The notes beneath the pieces are model-generated. The model had not been told where the DNA came from. It saw only the letters and a program-made list of their open reading frames with translations, and ran no database searches. Shown piece by piece: positions 17,634 through 27,455 of a stretch of DNA of 55,420 nucleotides. This stretch comes from Planctomycetota bacterium (lineage in GTDB: Bacteria; Planctomycetota; UBA1135; UBA2386), in NCBI GenBank assembly GCA_016794485.1, contig JAEUHV010000096.1, forward strand, positions 1 to 55,420. Direction: 5' to 3'. Within the stretch, counting starts at the first letter, position 1. Every line of letters begins with the position of its first letter. A program made the translations under genes and the position numbers.

Positions 17634-19370
17634 ATGCTCGCCGTCCTTGGATGGCTGCTGTGGCGCAGCGCCGCCATCGAGACTGAGCTGCGGGCAACCG
17701 AGCTCGAACGGGCACACGCACTGGCTGAACGCGTGTTGCACAAGGCAGCGGGGTCGCGCGTGCTGTTCGCAGCCCTGCCCGACGACCAGAAGGCGGTGCA
17801 GCGCGCCGACGGTTCGTTCGTACTCGACGACGTCGGCTGGCTCGACCAGGAAGCCTCGCCCCTCGACGTGGACCCGGTGGTCGACGACCGGCTCGTGCGC
17901 GCCGCGCGGGCCGAGTTCGGCGACGGGGATCCCGGCGCGGCGCAGCGCGCGTTCGACGAGCTGCTCGCCGCACCGCTGCTCGAGGCGGTCCGGCTGCGCG
18001 TATTGCAGGCGGCGTACTTCCAGGCATCACGCGCCAACGCCAACCGGCGCGCCGCCGATTTGCTTGCGGAGTTCTCACGCGCCGTCGCCAGGCTCCGGCC
18101 CACCGACCTCGGTCGACCTGCGCTCGCGCGTGCCGCCGCCAGCATGTACCGGATGGTCGACGTCGTAGCGGCCGACTCGAATGCTTGCTTCTTGCCGCCC
18201 GACCTGTTCGCCGGCCTGGTGGACACCGTGCACGCCGCGGGCCAGCGCGCGGCGCACGAGACGATCGTGCAGCGCCGGGGAACGATCGCTTCGATCCGTT
18301 CGGCGACCCGGTCCCAGCTACTCGCGCCGCCGCACGGCGCCACGACCGGGGACGCGACCCACCTGCTGTGCTGGCACGCGCGCGACGACGGTGGCCGTGA
18401 CCTCGCGTGGGTGACGCCGGCGCAGTGGATCAACGCCCTGGACCACGCAACCCACGCCGACGCCTTGCCCGCGCTCGGCGGAGCCTTCCGCTTCGTCGCC
18501 GCGGCGGACACCGCGACCACGTTCGTGGTGCCCGGAGTGCGCGGCATCGAACGGCCCGATCCCGGTTCCGTGTGGCTTCGACCAGGCCTGCTCGGCGCCC
18601 TGCTGCTCGGGCTCGCCGCCGCGTTCGCGTTCGCCGTGCGCTGGCAACTGCGCGCCGCCCGCGCCGAAGTCGCCGCCGCGCGCACGCAATCGGACTTCCT
18701 CACCACGGTGACGCACGAACTGAAGACGCCGCTCGCCGCGATCCGCCTGCTCGGCGAGATGCTGGTCGAAGGTCGTGCGAAAGGCCGCGAAGGCGACTAC
18801 TACCGCATGCTCGCCAGTGAGGCCGACCGCCTGTCCGTGCTGATCGAGAACGTGCTCGACCTCGGCCGCATCGAACGCGGTGACCGCGCCTACGACGTGC
18901 GGGCGCTCGACGTCGGCGAAGTGGTGCGGGAGACGCTGGCGATGTTCACGCCACTGCTCGAACGCGACGGCGGCAAAGTGCAGTGCGCCGACCTCGGTGC
19001 AGCTCCTGCCGTGCAAGCCGACCGCGCCGCACTCGTGCAGGCGCTGGTCGCCGTGCTCGACAACGCCCGCAAGTACGGCGGCTCGCCACCGGACCTCGAA
19101 GTCGCGATGCGTCGCTGTGGCGACCAGCTCGCGATCGACATCCGCGACCACGGTCCGGGCGTGCCCACCGCCGAACGCGACCGCATCTTCGAACGGTTCG
19201 TGCGCGGCGCCGCCCATGCGCACGGCAGCACGCCCGGCGTCGGCATCGGCCTGCACCTCGCCCGGCGCCTGCTGCGCGCCACCGGCGGCGATCTCGTCTG
19301 CACCGACCCACTGGACGGCGGCCCCGGCGGCTGCTTCACGTTCCGGCTACCCCTGGCGAACCCCGCATGA
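17634..19370 (+). CDS. Sensor histidine kinase
   Basis: The H-box is FLTTVTHELKTPL. An N-box (LDNARKY), G-boxes (RDHGPGV, GVGIGL) and a TM segment (LLGALLLGLAAAFAFAV) are present. The 3' end overlaps the response regulator (ATGA). Confidence 0.9.
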   Translation: MLAVLGWLLWRSAAIETELRATELERAHALAERVLHKAAGSRVLFAALPDDQKAVQRADGSFVLDDVGWLDQEASPLDVDPVVDDRLVRAARAEFGDGDPGAAQRAFDELLAAPLLEAVRLRVLQAAYFQASRANANRRAADLLAEFSRAVARLRPTDLGRPALARAAASMYRMVDVVAADSNACFLPPDLFAGLVDTVHAAGQRAAHETIVQRRGTIASIRSATRSQLLAPPHGATTGDATHLLCWHARDDGGRDLAWVTPAQWINALDHATHADALPALGGAFRFVAAADTATTFVVPGVRGIERPDPGSVWLRPGLLGALLLGLAAAFAFAVRWQLRAARAEVAAARTQSDFLTTVTHELKTPLAAIRLLGEMLVEGRAKGREGDYYRMLASEADRLSVLIENVLDLGRIERGDRAYDVRALDVGEVVRETLAMFTPLLERDGGKVQCADLGAAPAVQADRAALVQALVAVLDNARKYGGSPPDLEVAMRRCGDQLAIDIRDHGPGVPTAERDRIFERFVRGAAHAHGSTPGVGIGLHLARRLLRATGGDLVCTDPLDGGPGGCFTFRLPLANPA

Positions 19371-20080
19371 GCTTCCGCATCCTGCTCGTCGAAGACGACC
19401 GCACGTTGCGCATCGGCCTGTCCGACGCGTTGGCAAGCGAAGGCCACACCGTCGTCGCCGCCGCCGACGGCCACGAGGCGCGCGCGCTGCTGCGGGCGCA
19501 GCGCTTCGACCTCGTCGTGCTCGACGTGATGCTGCCGGGCCCGAGCGGGCTCGAACTGCTGCGCGAACTCCGCGCACGCGACGGCGACACGCCGGTGCTG
19601 CTGCTGACCGCGCGCGGCGACGAAGGCGACAAGGTGCTCGGGCTCGAGCTCGGCGCCGACGACTACGTGACCAAACCGTTCTCGCTGCGCGAACTGCTGG
19701 CCCGCGTGAAGGCGATGCTGCGCCGCCGCGACCGCGGCGACGCGGCGTTGGTCGAACAGTTCACGCTCGGTGGTGCGCGCATCGACCTCGCGGCGTTCAC
19801 GTGCGTGCTAGGCGGCGTCGCGCACACGCTGTCGCCGAAGGAAGCCGGCATGCTGCGGCTGTTGCGCCAGCGTGCCGGCCGCGCCGTCGCCCGCGCCGAC
19901 TTCCTGCGCGAAGTGTGGGGCGGCGTGCCGTTCGTCGGCGACCGCACGATCGACACGCACATGCTCAACCTGCGGCAGAAGGTCGAAGTCGACCACAAGG
20001 CACCCCGGTTCCTGCTGACGGTGCACGGCGTCGGCTACCGGCTGGTCGAGTCGGGCGAGCCGCCAGCCGCTGCACCTTGA
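19367..20080 (+). CDS. OmpR-family response regulator
   Basis: The gene lies in-frame within track ORF 18983..20080. The N-terminus is MSFRILLVEDD, followed by DLVVLDVMLPG and KPF. The winged-helix C-terminus includes TIDTHMLNLRQK and GVGYRL. Confidence 0.95.
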   Translation: MSFRILLVEDDRTLRIGLSDALASEGHTVVAAADGHEARALLRAQRFDLVVLDVMLPGPSGLELLRELRARDGDTPVLLLTARGDEGDKVLGLELGADDYVTKPFSLRELLARVKAMLRRRDRGDAALVEQFTLGGARIDLAAFTCVLGGVAHTLSPKEAGMLRLLRQRAGRAVARADFLREVWGGVPFVGDRTIDTHMLNLRQKVEVDHKAPRFLLTVHGVGYRLVESGEPPAAAP

Positions 20081-20148
20081 CCTTCGCTTGACACCGAACT
20101 GACCGGCAGCGGACCGGACCGGACCGCGCATTCCTTCCCATCGGCATC

Positions 20149-22914
20149 ATGAAGACGACGACCCTCGTGTGGACGTTCGCGGTGTGCGCCGGTGCGCTCG
20201 CTGCCCAGACCCAGGAACCGCGGCAGCCGACGCCGAGCCAGGAGATCGCCAAGATCGTCGCTGTGGAGGAACAGGAAGGCGACCTCGCCAAGGCCGAGAA
20301 GCTCTACCGCGAAGCGCTCGCCGGCACGACGTTGTCGGCCGAGGCGAAGGAACTCGCGACGCTGCGGCTCGCGGATCTGCTGATGCGGCTCGGACGGCGC
20401 GACGACGCGAAGAAGGTGATGCAGGCGTTGGACGGCGGCAAGGGGGCCGTAGTGACGCTCGACGACGTGACGACCTCGAGCCAGCCCCAGGATCGGGAAC
20501 GTGAAGCAACGCTGCGCGCGAAGGCGCGGGAACTGGTGAAGGAAGCGCACGAGAAGCGAGGCCCAACGGGGGCCCCTACCCTCCTGTTCGGAGTCGACCG
20601 TCACGTAGCCGAGCAGCTGCTGTGGATCGGGCAGCCCGCGGTGCCCGAGGTGATCGCCTACCTCGAGGGCCTGCCCAAGGCGAACGGCTTCCACCCCGAC
20701 CTGGCGCGCGGCCTCGCGGCGTTCCTGTGGCGCGTCGGCGGCGACCAGGCCAAGGCGTTCCTGCAGCAGACTCCCGGCAACGACATGCTGCGCGGCATCG
20801 TCGCCAGAGGTGCGAGTGCTTTGAAGGCGCCGGACATGCTGGCGATCGCCGAGACCTTCCTGCGCCTGCCGGATCCTGGGCTCGCCGAAGCCATGCTGGA
20901 CAATCCCCAGGACGGCCAGCCACTGGCGGGTCGCTTCGCGCCCGAGCTGCTCGTCGAGGTGATGGGCCAGGGCAGCGTGTCGCAACGCACCTGGCTGCTC
21001 GAACGGTGCACCACCGGCATCGTCGCAAAGACGCCGAGACTGTTCGACGTCGTGCGCGCGGCGATGGCGAGCACCGAGCCGGCGCTGGGCACCGCGGCGC
21101 AATCGCTGTTGACGAGTGAACGCTTCCGCAACGATCCGGACGCCATCGAGATGGTCCTCGACGCGTTCGACAGCCCGCTGCTGCGCGATCGTCACCTCAC
21201 GTTCCCGAACGATCGGGTCGTCGTGAGCGCCGAACGAGCGCGGCGCTGGCTGCCGAAGCTCGAAGCCTGCGTGCAAGCTGCCGGTCCATATCGCGACGAT
21301 TTCCGCAGCCGGTGGATCCAGAGTCTGCTGTCGATCGTGCACGAGCACACCGACGCGTCGGCACTGCCGGGCATCCTGCGCTGCATCGACCTCGGCCATC
21401 CATGCGGGTGGCTGCTGAAGGGGCGGTTGACGAAGGACAACGCGCGCGACGCGTTCACCAGGTACGACCGTATGCCGGCGAAGCACCGCGACAACTTCCT
21501 CGAGCCGTTCGGCGAGATCGACCTGCCCGCCGAGATGTTCATGGACCTGCGCACCCGGTTCGACGCATGGGTCGCCGCCGAGCCGAAGATCCGCACGTCG
21601 GTCGCCCGCATGTTCCAGCAACCGATGGTGCGCACCGGCAACCCCGACGTCGCCGCCTGGATCGTCACCGAGTGGCAACACACGTCCGACGAAGATCGCG
21701 ACAAGGACCGTTGGGCCGTCGATGCGATGCTCGAACTCGCGCGCCGCACCCAAGCACCACAGGTGCACGCGGCGCTGCGCACGCTGGCCAAGGCCGAAGT
21801 CATGTTCCCGGACCACCGCGGCCAGGTGCTGCTGGCGCTGCTCGCGATGAAGGACGACGAAGCCCTGGACCTGACCCTCGCCTACGCCGCGGAACCCGCG
21901 CGCAGCAAGCACCCGTTCGGCGGTGACGACGCGTTCGAAGGCAAGCCGATCGTGTGGCTGCTGCTGAAGGAGCCGAAGCCGCCGCATCGCTACACGGAAG
22001 CCGAAGTGCTCGGTCTGCTCGAACGCATCGGCAAGACCGGCGCACAGTTGCTCGCTCCGTACGAAGTGCAAGCGGAGCGCTTCGACGACCGCATGCTGAT
22101 GGCCTTGGTGCGTTGCCAACCGATGGCGATGCCGATCCCTCACAACAGCCGCGCTGCCGCGCATTGGACCCAGGTGGTGATGGACCTCGTCGCTGGGCGC
22201 GACAACAAAGGGCCCTTGGCCGATTTCGCGCGCGAAGCCATCGCCCGGGACGCCATCGGTCGCGCACTGCTCCCGTTCGCGCGTGTTGGCACCGTGGTCG
22301 CGTTCGCAGAGACCATTCGCCCCCTGCTCCAGGAACCGGACGAGGCCACTGCCTACCTCGCTCTCGACAAGCTGCTGGGCGCCGGGGTCGAAGTGGACCT
22401 GATCAACCTGTTGCAGAATCGCAATGCATCTCTCCGCAGCCGGGCATGCTCCGAACTGAACTCCCGCAACCGGGAGATCGGCATCGAGACCTTGGCGAAG
22501 CTGCTCGCCGACCCGAGCCATGACGTGCGCGACGCCGCCTGCTGGTACGCCAGGGATCGCGCAGTGTCTGGGGCGGTTCCCGCACTGCTCGCACTCCTTG
22601 GCAACCCCGACAACAGCAAGAGCGCCACCGAGGCCCTGACCCGGATCCGCTTCATCCACGAGCAGCAGTCCTACTGGGAACGCATCACCAAGGGCCTCGA
22701 CGCGTCGCCGGCCAGCGCCGCCGAGAAGCTGCTGCTACAGGCCAAACCCGGCGAGCCGAAGGACCAGCGCCTGCTGGCGATCATGTCGCTCGGCACCCTC
22801 GGCGCGCCGGAAGCGCTGCCGTTCCTGATCGACTGGGTCAAGGACGCCGACGCAGACGTCCAGAAGGCCGCCAAGGACGCGATCACCCAGATCCACCTGC
22901 ACCCACGGAAGTGA
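20149..22914 (+). CDS. Large secreted HEAT-repeat protein
   Basis: The 921-aa product has the signal peptide AVCAGALAA|Q. C-terminal HEAT/PBS-lyase-like repeats include LLADPSHDVRDAACWYA, ALLALLGNPD and LIDWVKDADADVQKAAKDA. Confidence 0.75.
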   Translation: MKTTTLVWTFAVCAGALAAQTQEPRQPTPSQEIAKIVAVEEQEGDLAKAEKLYREALAGTTLSAEAKELATLRLADLLMRLGRRDDAKKVMQALDGGKGAVVTLDDVTTSSQPQDREREATLRAKARELVKEAHEKRGPTGAPTLLFGVDRHVAEQLLWIGQPAVPEVIAYLEGLPKANGFHPDLARGLAAFLWRVGGDQAKAFLQQTPGNDMLRGIVARGASALKAPDMLAIAETFLRLPDPGLAEAMLDNPQDGQPLAGRFAPELLVEVMGQGSVSQRTWLLERCTTGIVAKTPRLFDVVRAAMASTEPALGTAAQSLLTSERFRNDPDAIEMVLDAFDSPLLRDRHLTFPNDRVVVSAERARRWLPKLEACVQAAGPYRDDFRSRWIQSLLSIVHEHTDASALPGILRCIDLGHPCGWLLKGRLTKDNARDAFTRYDRMPAKHRDNFLEPFGEIDLPAEMFMDLRTRFDAWVAAEPKIRTSVARMFQQPMVRTGNPDVAAWIVTEWQHTSDEDRDKDRWAVDAMLELARRTQAPQVHAALRTLAKAEVMFPDHRGQVLLALLAMKDDEALDLTLAYAAEPARSKHPFGGDDAFEGKPIVWLLLKEPKPPHRYTEAEVLGLLERIGKTGAQLLAPYEVQAERFDDRMLMALVRCQPMAMPIPHNSRAAAHWTQVVMDLVAGRDNKGPLADFAREAIARDAIGRALLPFARVGTVVAFAETIRPLLQEPDEATAYLALDKLLGAGVEVDLINLLQNRNASLRSRACSELNSRNREIGIETLAKLLADPSHDVRDAACWYARDRAVSGAVPALLALLGNPDNSKSATEALTRIRFIHEQQSYWERITKGLDASPASAAEKLLLQAKPGEPKDQRLLAIMSLGTLGAPEALPFLIDWVKDADADVQKAAKDAITQIHLHPRK

Positions 22915-22969
22915 AAGTCGCCGCAGGCCGGTGCCGAATCGGGGGAGGCTCGTATCATCCGCGCCCCCG

Positions 22970-25408
22970 ATGCAAGCACGTATGCGCTGGCTCACCTTCG
23001 TCGCCTTCCTGTTCGCCCTGATCTCGCCGCTCGCGGCGCAGGACGGAACACTGACCCTGACCGCTGCGTTCGAGCCCGCCACCGCCAAGCCCGGCGACAA
23101 GGTCGTGCTGGTGCTGTCGTGCGACGTCACCGAAGGCTGGCATGCCTACGGCACGCTCGAGAAGACCAACCTCCCGGTCGGGCTCGCCCCCGAAAACGTC
23201 AAGACCGCCGGGCTCGAGCTCGATGGTGCGGCGCAGGTGCCGCCGGGCATGCGCAAGATGGTCGGCTCGCTGGCGACGTTCCCGCTGCCGAACCAGTTCA
23301 GGGTCAAGCAGCCGATGACGGTGCCGGCCGGCATGGCCGCCGGCGAGATCACCGTCACCGGCGACCTCGACTACAACATCTGCAACGAACACGGCTGCCT
23401 GCCGCCGGACAAGGTCGCGTTCAGCGCAAAGCTCGTCGTCGCCGCCGCGGCCGGTGAACAGCCGCCGATGCCGACGACGACCAAGCCCGGCCTGGAGATC
23501 GCGCCCGGCGACAAGGTCACGATCGCGGCGAAGTTCGATCCGGCGACCGCGCGCGCCGGCGAAATCGCGAAGCTGGTGCTCACGGTCACCGTGCACGACC
23601 ACGAATGGCACGCGTACGGCTCGCTCGAGACGGAGCAGTTGCCGGTGGCGTTGCCGCCCGACAATGTCGACGCAGGTCCGCTCGAACGCGTCGGCGACGC
23701 CGACGTGCCGCCCGGCGAACCGGTGCAGAAGGGTGGCAAGACGACCCATCCGCTGCCGCCCGTGTTCGAGGTGACGCAGGTGTTCCGCGTTCCCAGCGGC
23801 ACGAAGCCCGGCACCATCGACGTGTCCGGCGCGCTCGCCTACCAGATCTGCAATGCGAACGTGTGCGAGTCACCAGCGCAGCTCGACTTCGAGGCCAAGC
23901 TCGCCGTCGAAGCCGGTGAGCCGCGCGCCGATCGCCTCGGCACGGCGGTAGCACCACCGAAGACCGTCGAGAAGAAGCCCGCCGACCCAAAGCAACCGGC
24001 GCAGAATCCGTCGACGAACGGCGCCGAAACCAAGGAGCCGGAGAACCCGTACCTCAACTGGTGGGTGCTCATCGTCGCGTGCATCGGCGGCGCGTTCTTC
24101 GCCCTGGCGATGCCGTGCACCTACCCGATGATCCCGATCACGTTCAGCTTCTTCACGAAGCAGGCGGAGAAGCGCGGCGGCAACGTGATGAGCCTGGCGC
24201 TCACCTACGGCGCTGGCATCGTCGTGATGTTCGTACTGGTCGGTGTGCTGCTGGCGACGGCGATCCAGGACATTGCCAGCCACTGGCTCACGAACGGGGT
24301 CATCGGCGTCGTCTTCCTGCTGTTCTCGTTCTCGCTGTTCGGCTGGATCACGCTGCAACCGCCGCAGTTCGTGCAGAACCTGGCGACCAAGGCGAGCACG
24401 ACCGGTGGCTACCTCGGCGTGTTCTTCATGGGCGCGACGTTGGTGATCACGTCGTTCACGTGCACGGCCCCGATCGTCGGCGCCATCCTGCCCGGCATCG
24501 CCGAACTCGGCTACGCCCGCGTCGCGGTGGGCATGGGCGTGTTCGGTTTCACGATGGCGGCCCCGTTCGTGGCCCTGTCGCTGATGCCGACCAAGGTGAA
24601 GGCGCTGCCGCGCTCCGGCGAATGGATGGAGACCCTGAAGGTCTCGCTCGGCTTCCTCGAACTCGCGGCGACGCTGAAGTTCGTATCGAACGTCGACCTC
24701 GCGCTCGACTGGCAGGCGATGCCGCGCGAGCTGTTCCTGCTGCTGATCGTCGCGATCTTCCTGATGTGGGCCGCGTACCTGTTCGGCATCCTGCGCAAGG
24801 CCGGGACCGCCAACGAAGGCGTCGGCAACGGCCGCATGGCGACCGGCATCACGGTGGTGCTCGCCGCGACCTACCTGCTGTTCGGCGCGATGGGCTACAA
24901 GCTCGACTACTACATGACGGCGTTCGCGCCGCCCTACTCGGCGCCGATGGTGGCGACGCAGTCGCACGCCAGTGGCGCGTCCGAGAAGAACCCGACCACG
25001 CACACGATCGTCAAGGACGACGGCGACCGCGCCCTGGAGGTCGCCAAGGCCGAAGGCAAACTGGTCCTCTACAACTTCACCGGCTTTGTTTGAATCAACT
25101 GCCGCGCGATGGAAGACGACGTCTTCCTGCGTCCGGCGGTCGCCGGAACGATGAAGAAGGACTTCGTGGAGGCTCGCCTGCACGTCGACCTGCAGAAGCA
25201 CCTGACCAAGGAACAGTTCGCCCGCAACAAGGAGCTGCAGAAGCAGTTCACCAAGAGCCGCGCGATGCCGACCTTCGTGGTGGTGGATCCGCAAACCGGC
25301 AAGAAGCTCGGTGAGGCGCAGCCCGAAGGACTGACGCCAGGTACGCAGACCGAGAACTGGGGCAAGTTCCTCGGGCGCATGATCGAAGCCGCCGGCCGCA
25401 AGCCGTGA
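22970..25408 (+). CDS. DsbD-family thiol:disulfide interchange protein, predicted selenoprotein (TGA 25091..25093 decoded as Sec)
   Basis: Track ORFs 22931..25093 and 25109..25408 are in the same frame and are separated only by the TGA. Two N-terminal DsbD-alpha-like domains carry GWHAYG...ICNEHGC and EWHAYG...ICNANVC. The TM core carries the two DsbD cysteines (MPCTYPMIP and FTCTAPIVG). The thioredoxin domain reads GKLVLYNFTGFV-U-INCRAMEDDVFLRPAV...MPTFVVVD. This aligns with E. coli DsbD [29 protein letters not shown]...LPTILFFD. The start could be the GTG at 22931, the ATG at 22970 or the ATG at 22982. Confidence 0.75.
25101..25137 (+). promoter_or_regulatory. Candidate bacterial SECIS stem-loop
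   Basis: The upper stem is a perfect 7 bp, GGAAGAC-GAC-GTCTTCC (25111..25127). The lower stem pairs GCCGCGCG (25101..25108) with CGTCCGGC (25030-style numbering corrected: 25130..25137) across a 2x2 internal loop. The apical loop starts 24 nt after the UGA and contains a G. Confidence 0.5.
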
Positions 25409-26335
25409 TCAGGCTGCGGTGGGCGCCGACATCGGCGTCACCGCGCGCTCGACGATCTCGTTGCCGCGCAGGACCCGCAGCCGCCGCACCGTGCCGATCG
25501 CCGTGCGTGGCAAGCCGGCGATCAAATCGCCGACGCTGCGGATCGCGCGCTCGTCGAGCGTGACCAGCAGGTCGCCCGGCTGCACACCGGCCGCCGCCGC
25601 CGGCGAATCGGGCGTCACCGCCGCGACCGCCAGCGCGCGCGGCGACGGCAGGCCCAGGCGCCGCGCGATCGTCGGCGCCAGTTCGACCCCATGGACGGCG
25701 ACGCCGAGCCAGCCGCGCACGACCTTGCCGAACTGCTGCAGTTCCGGCAGCACGGCACTCGCGGTCGCAGCCGGCACCGCGAAGCACAGCCCCTGCGCCA
25801 TCGGCAGGATCGCGGTGGCGATGCCGACGACGCGGCCGTCGACGTCGAGCAAGGGCCCGCCCGAGTTGCCGGGGTTGAGCGGCGCATCGGTCTGGATCAC
25901 GTCCTCGATGGTCTGGCCGCCGGGGCCGGGCAGCGCGCGGCCGAGCCCGCTCAGGATGCCCGCGGTCACCGAATGGGCGAGGCCGTGCGGACAACCGACG
26001 GCGAGTGCGAAGTCGCCGACGCGCAGCGCATTCGAATCGCCGAGCGCCAGCGGCACTTCCTGCGCATCCGGAACGCGCAGCAGCGCCAGGTCGGTCGCGG
26101 GATCGCTGCCGAGCACGTCGACGACCGCGGTGCGTCCGTCGTGGAACGTCGCTTCGATGCCCCGCGCCTCGTGCACGACGTGGTGGTTCGTCACCACGAG
26201 TCCGTGGTCGCCACACAGGAAGCCGGAGCCGGTGCCACCGCGACCACGGCCGAGGACGCGCAAGTGCAGCACGGCCGGCCGCACGCGCGCGACGACGGCG
26301 GCGATCTCATCGGACAGCGAACGCAACACACCCAT
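25409..26335 (-). CDS. HtrA/DegP-family serine protease (trypsin-like plus PDZ) without a recognisable signal peptide
   Basis: The catalytic motifs are VVTNHHVV (His), TDLALL (Asp) and GNSGGPL (Ser). The PDZ region includes SPAAAAGVQPGDLLVTLD. The N-terminus starts directly at the protease fold. An upstream in-frame extension is impossible because the anti-sigma stop lies 37 nt upstream. Confidence 0.9.
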   Translation of the reverse strand: MGVLRSLSDEIAAVVARVRPAVLHLRVLGRGRGGTGSGFLCGDHGLVVTNHHVVHEARGIEATFHDGRTAVVDVLGSDPATDLALLRVPDAQEVPLALGDSNALRVGDFALAVGCPHGLAHSVTAGILSGLGRALPGPGGQTIEDVIQTDAPLNPGNSGGPLLDVDGRVVGIATAILPMAQGLCFAVPAATASAVLPELQQFGKVVRGWLGVAVHGVELAPTIARRLGLPSPRALAVAAVTPDSPAAAAGVQPGDLLVTLDERAIRSVGDLIAGLPRTAIGTVRRLRVLRGNEIVERAVTPMSAPTAA

Positions 26336-26372
26336 GCCGCGGCTGTAGGCCGGCTGGCCGGCGGCGCAAGGG

Positions 26373-27455
26373 TCAGCGCTGGTAGCGGCAGACCTCGACC
26401 GCCCAGACCGCGTCCTGCTTCCAGACCTCCTTCTTGTCCTTGTCGAACTCGCGCACGCGAGTGTTCTCGGCGACGACCGTGTTGCCGTTCGCGAGGCGGT
26501 CGGCGTCGCTCGGCGACGACAGCCCTGCGAGCTCCCACACGATCTTGCCGTCGGGGTCGTACTCGCGGACCGAGCCTCGGTTGCGCAGGACGACCAGTGT
26601 GTTGCCGTTGGGCAGGCGGTCGGCGTCGTGCGCGTTCGGCATGTCCCTCAATTCCCAGACCGTCTTGCCGGTGGTGTCGACTTCGATCACGCGGTCGTCG
26701 AGCACGTCGCAGATCAACGTGTTGCCGTTGGCGAGCCGATCGACGTCGAACGGGCGGATCTTCTGGTCGAACGTCCACACGATCTCGCCCTTCGGGTTCA
26801 CCTCGATGACGCGACTGGCGAACGTGTCGGCGATCAACGTGTTGCCGTTCGGCAGGCGATCGGCGTCGTACGGGTTCTTCAGGTCCTCGAAGGCCCAGAC
26901 GATCTTGCCCTCGCGCGTGCGTTCGCTGACGCGACTCACCGAGAACTCGGTGATCAGCAGGTTGCCGTTGGCGAGCGGGGCGACGTCCCAGGCGCCGAAG
27001 ATCTCGTTGAACTCGAGCGTCACCTTGCCCTTCTCGTCGTACTCACGGATGCGGTTTTCGGAGTAGTCGGCGACCAGCGTGTACCAGGCCAGCGGTGCTG
27101 GCGCCGGAGCCGGCTTGGGGTCGGACTTGGCGGGTTTCTCTTGGGGCTTGGGGTCCTGCTTCGGCGCGGGATCCTGCGGCTGCGTGACGACGGCCTTGCG
27201 TTCGTCGGCGCGGATCCACGCGACCGCAGTCACGACGCCGATCCCGACGACCAGCATCGCCGCGGCCAGCCAACGCGCCGGCACCAGCGCTTCGCGCCGC
27301 GCTGCGAACGGCGCGGCCGCGGGCGCGCGCAGCAGCAGCTTGATGCGTTCGGCCAATGCGGGACTCGGGCCCGTGCCCGCCACTTCGTGCAACAACGCGT
27401 CCATCTGCAACTCCTCGGCGCGCTCGCGCGCGTCCGCTCGGGGATCCTGGTTCAT
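26373..27455 (-). CDS. Anti-sigma-factor-like membrane protein with an extracytoplasmic beta-propeller
   Basis: I trimmed the ORF to the ATG at 27455, which overlaps the sigma-factor stop (ATGA). The short cytoplasmic N-terminus is followed by one TM helix (WLAAAMLVVGIGVVTAVAWI) and a P/K/Q-rich linker. Five to six repeats of about 40 aa carry D(A/V)DRL(P/A)NGNT(L/V) and G(K/E)IVW motifs. Confidence 0.8.
   Translation of the reverse strand: MNQDPRADARERAEELQMDALLHEVAGTGPSPALAERIKLLLRAPAAAPFAARREALVPARWLAAAMLVVGIGVVTAVAWIRADERKAVVTQPQDPAPKQDPKPQEKPAKSDPKPAPAPAPLAWYTLVADYSENRIREYDEKGKVTLEFNEIFGAWDVAPLANGNLLITEFSVSRVSERTREGKIVWAFEDLKNPYDADRLPNGNTLIADTFASRVIEVNPKGEIVWTFDQKIRPFDVDRLANGNTLICDVLDDRVIEVDTTGKTVWELRDMPNAHDADRLPNGNTLVVLRNRGSVREYDPDGKIVWELAGLSSPSDADRLANGNTVVAENTRVREFDKDKKEVWKQDAVWAVEVCRYQR

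Noticed and set aside
20035-22659. 874-aa minus-strand ORF
   Set aside because: It is antisense to the HEAT-repeat gene 20149..22914. Its composition is R/G/H/A-rich, and it has no signal peptide or motifs.
25109-25408. Independent 99-aa ORF (MEDDVFLRPAV...), or alternatively a DsbD pseudogene truncated at 25093
   Set aside because: The 99-aa piece lacks the CxxC-bearing strand and helix, and the upstream piece lacks the cis-Pro half. The TGA falls exactly on the active-site Cys column and is followed by a hairpin. Sec recoding explains all of this better than either a split gene or a pseudogene. I cannot formally exclude the alternatives without the rest of the genome.
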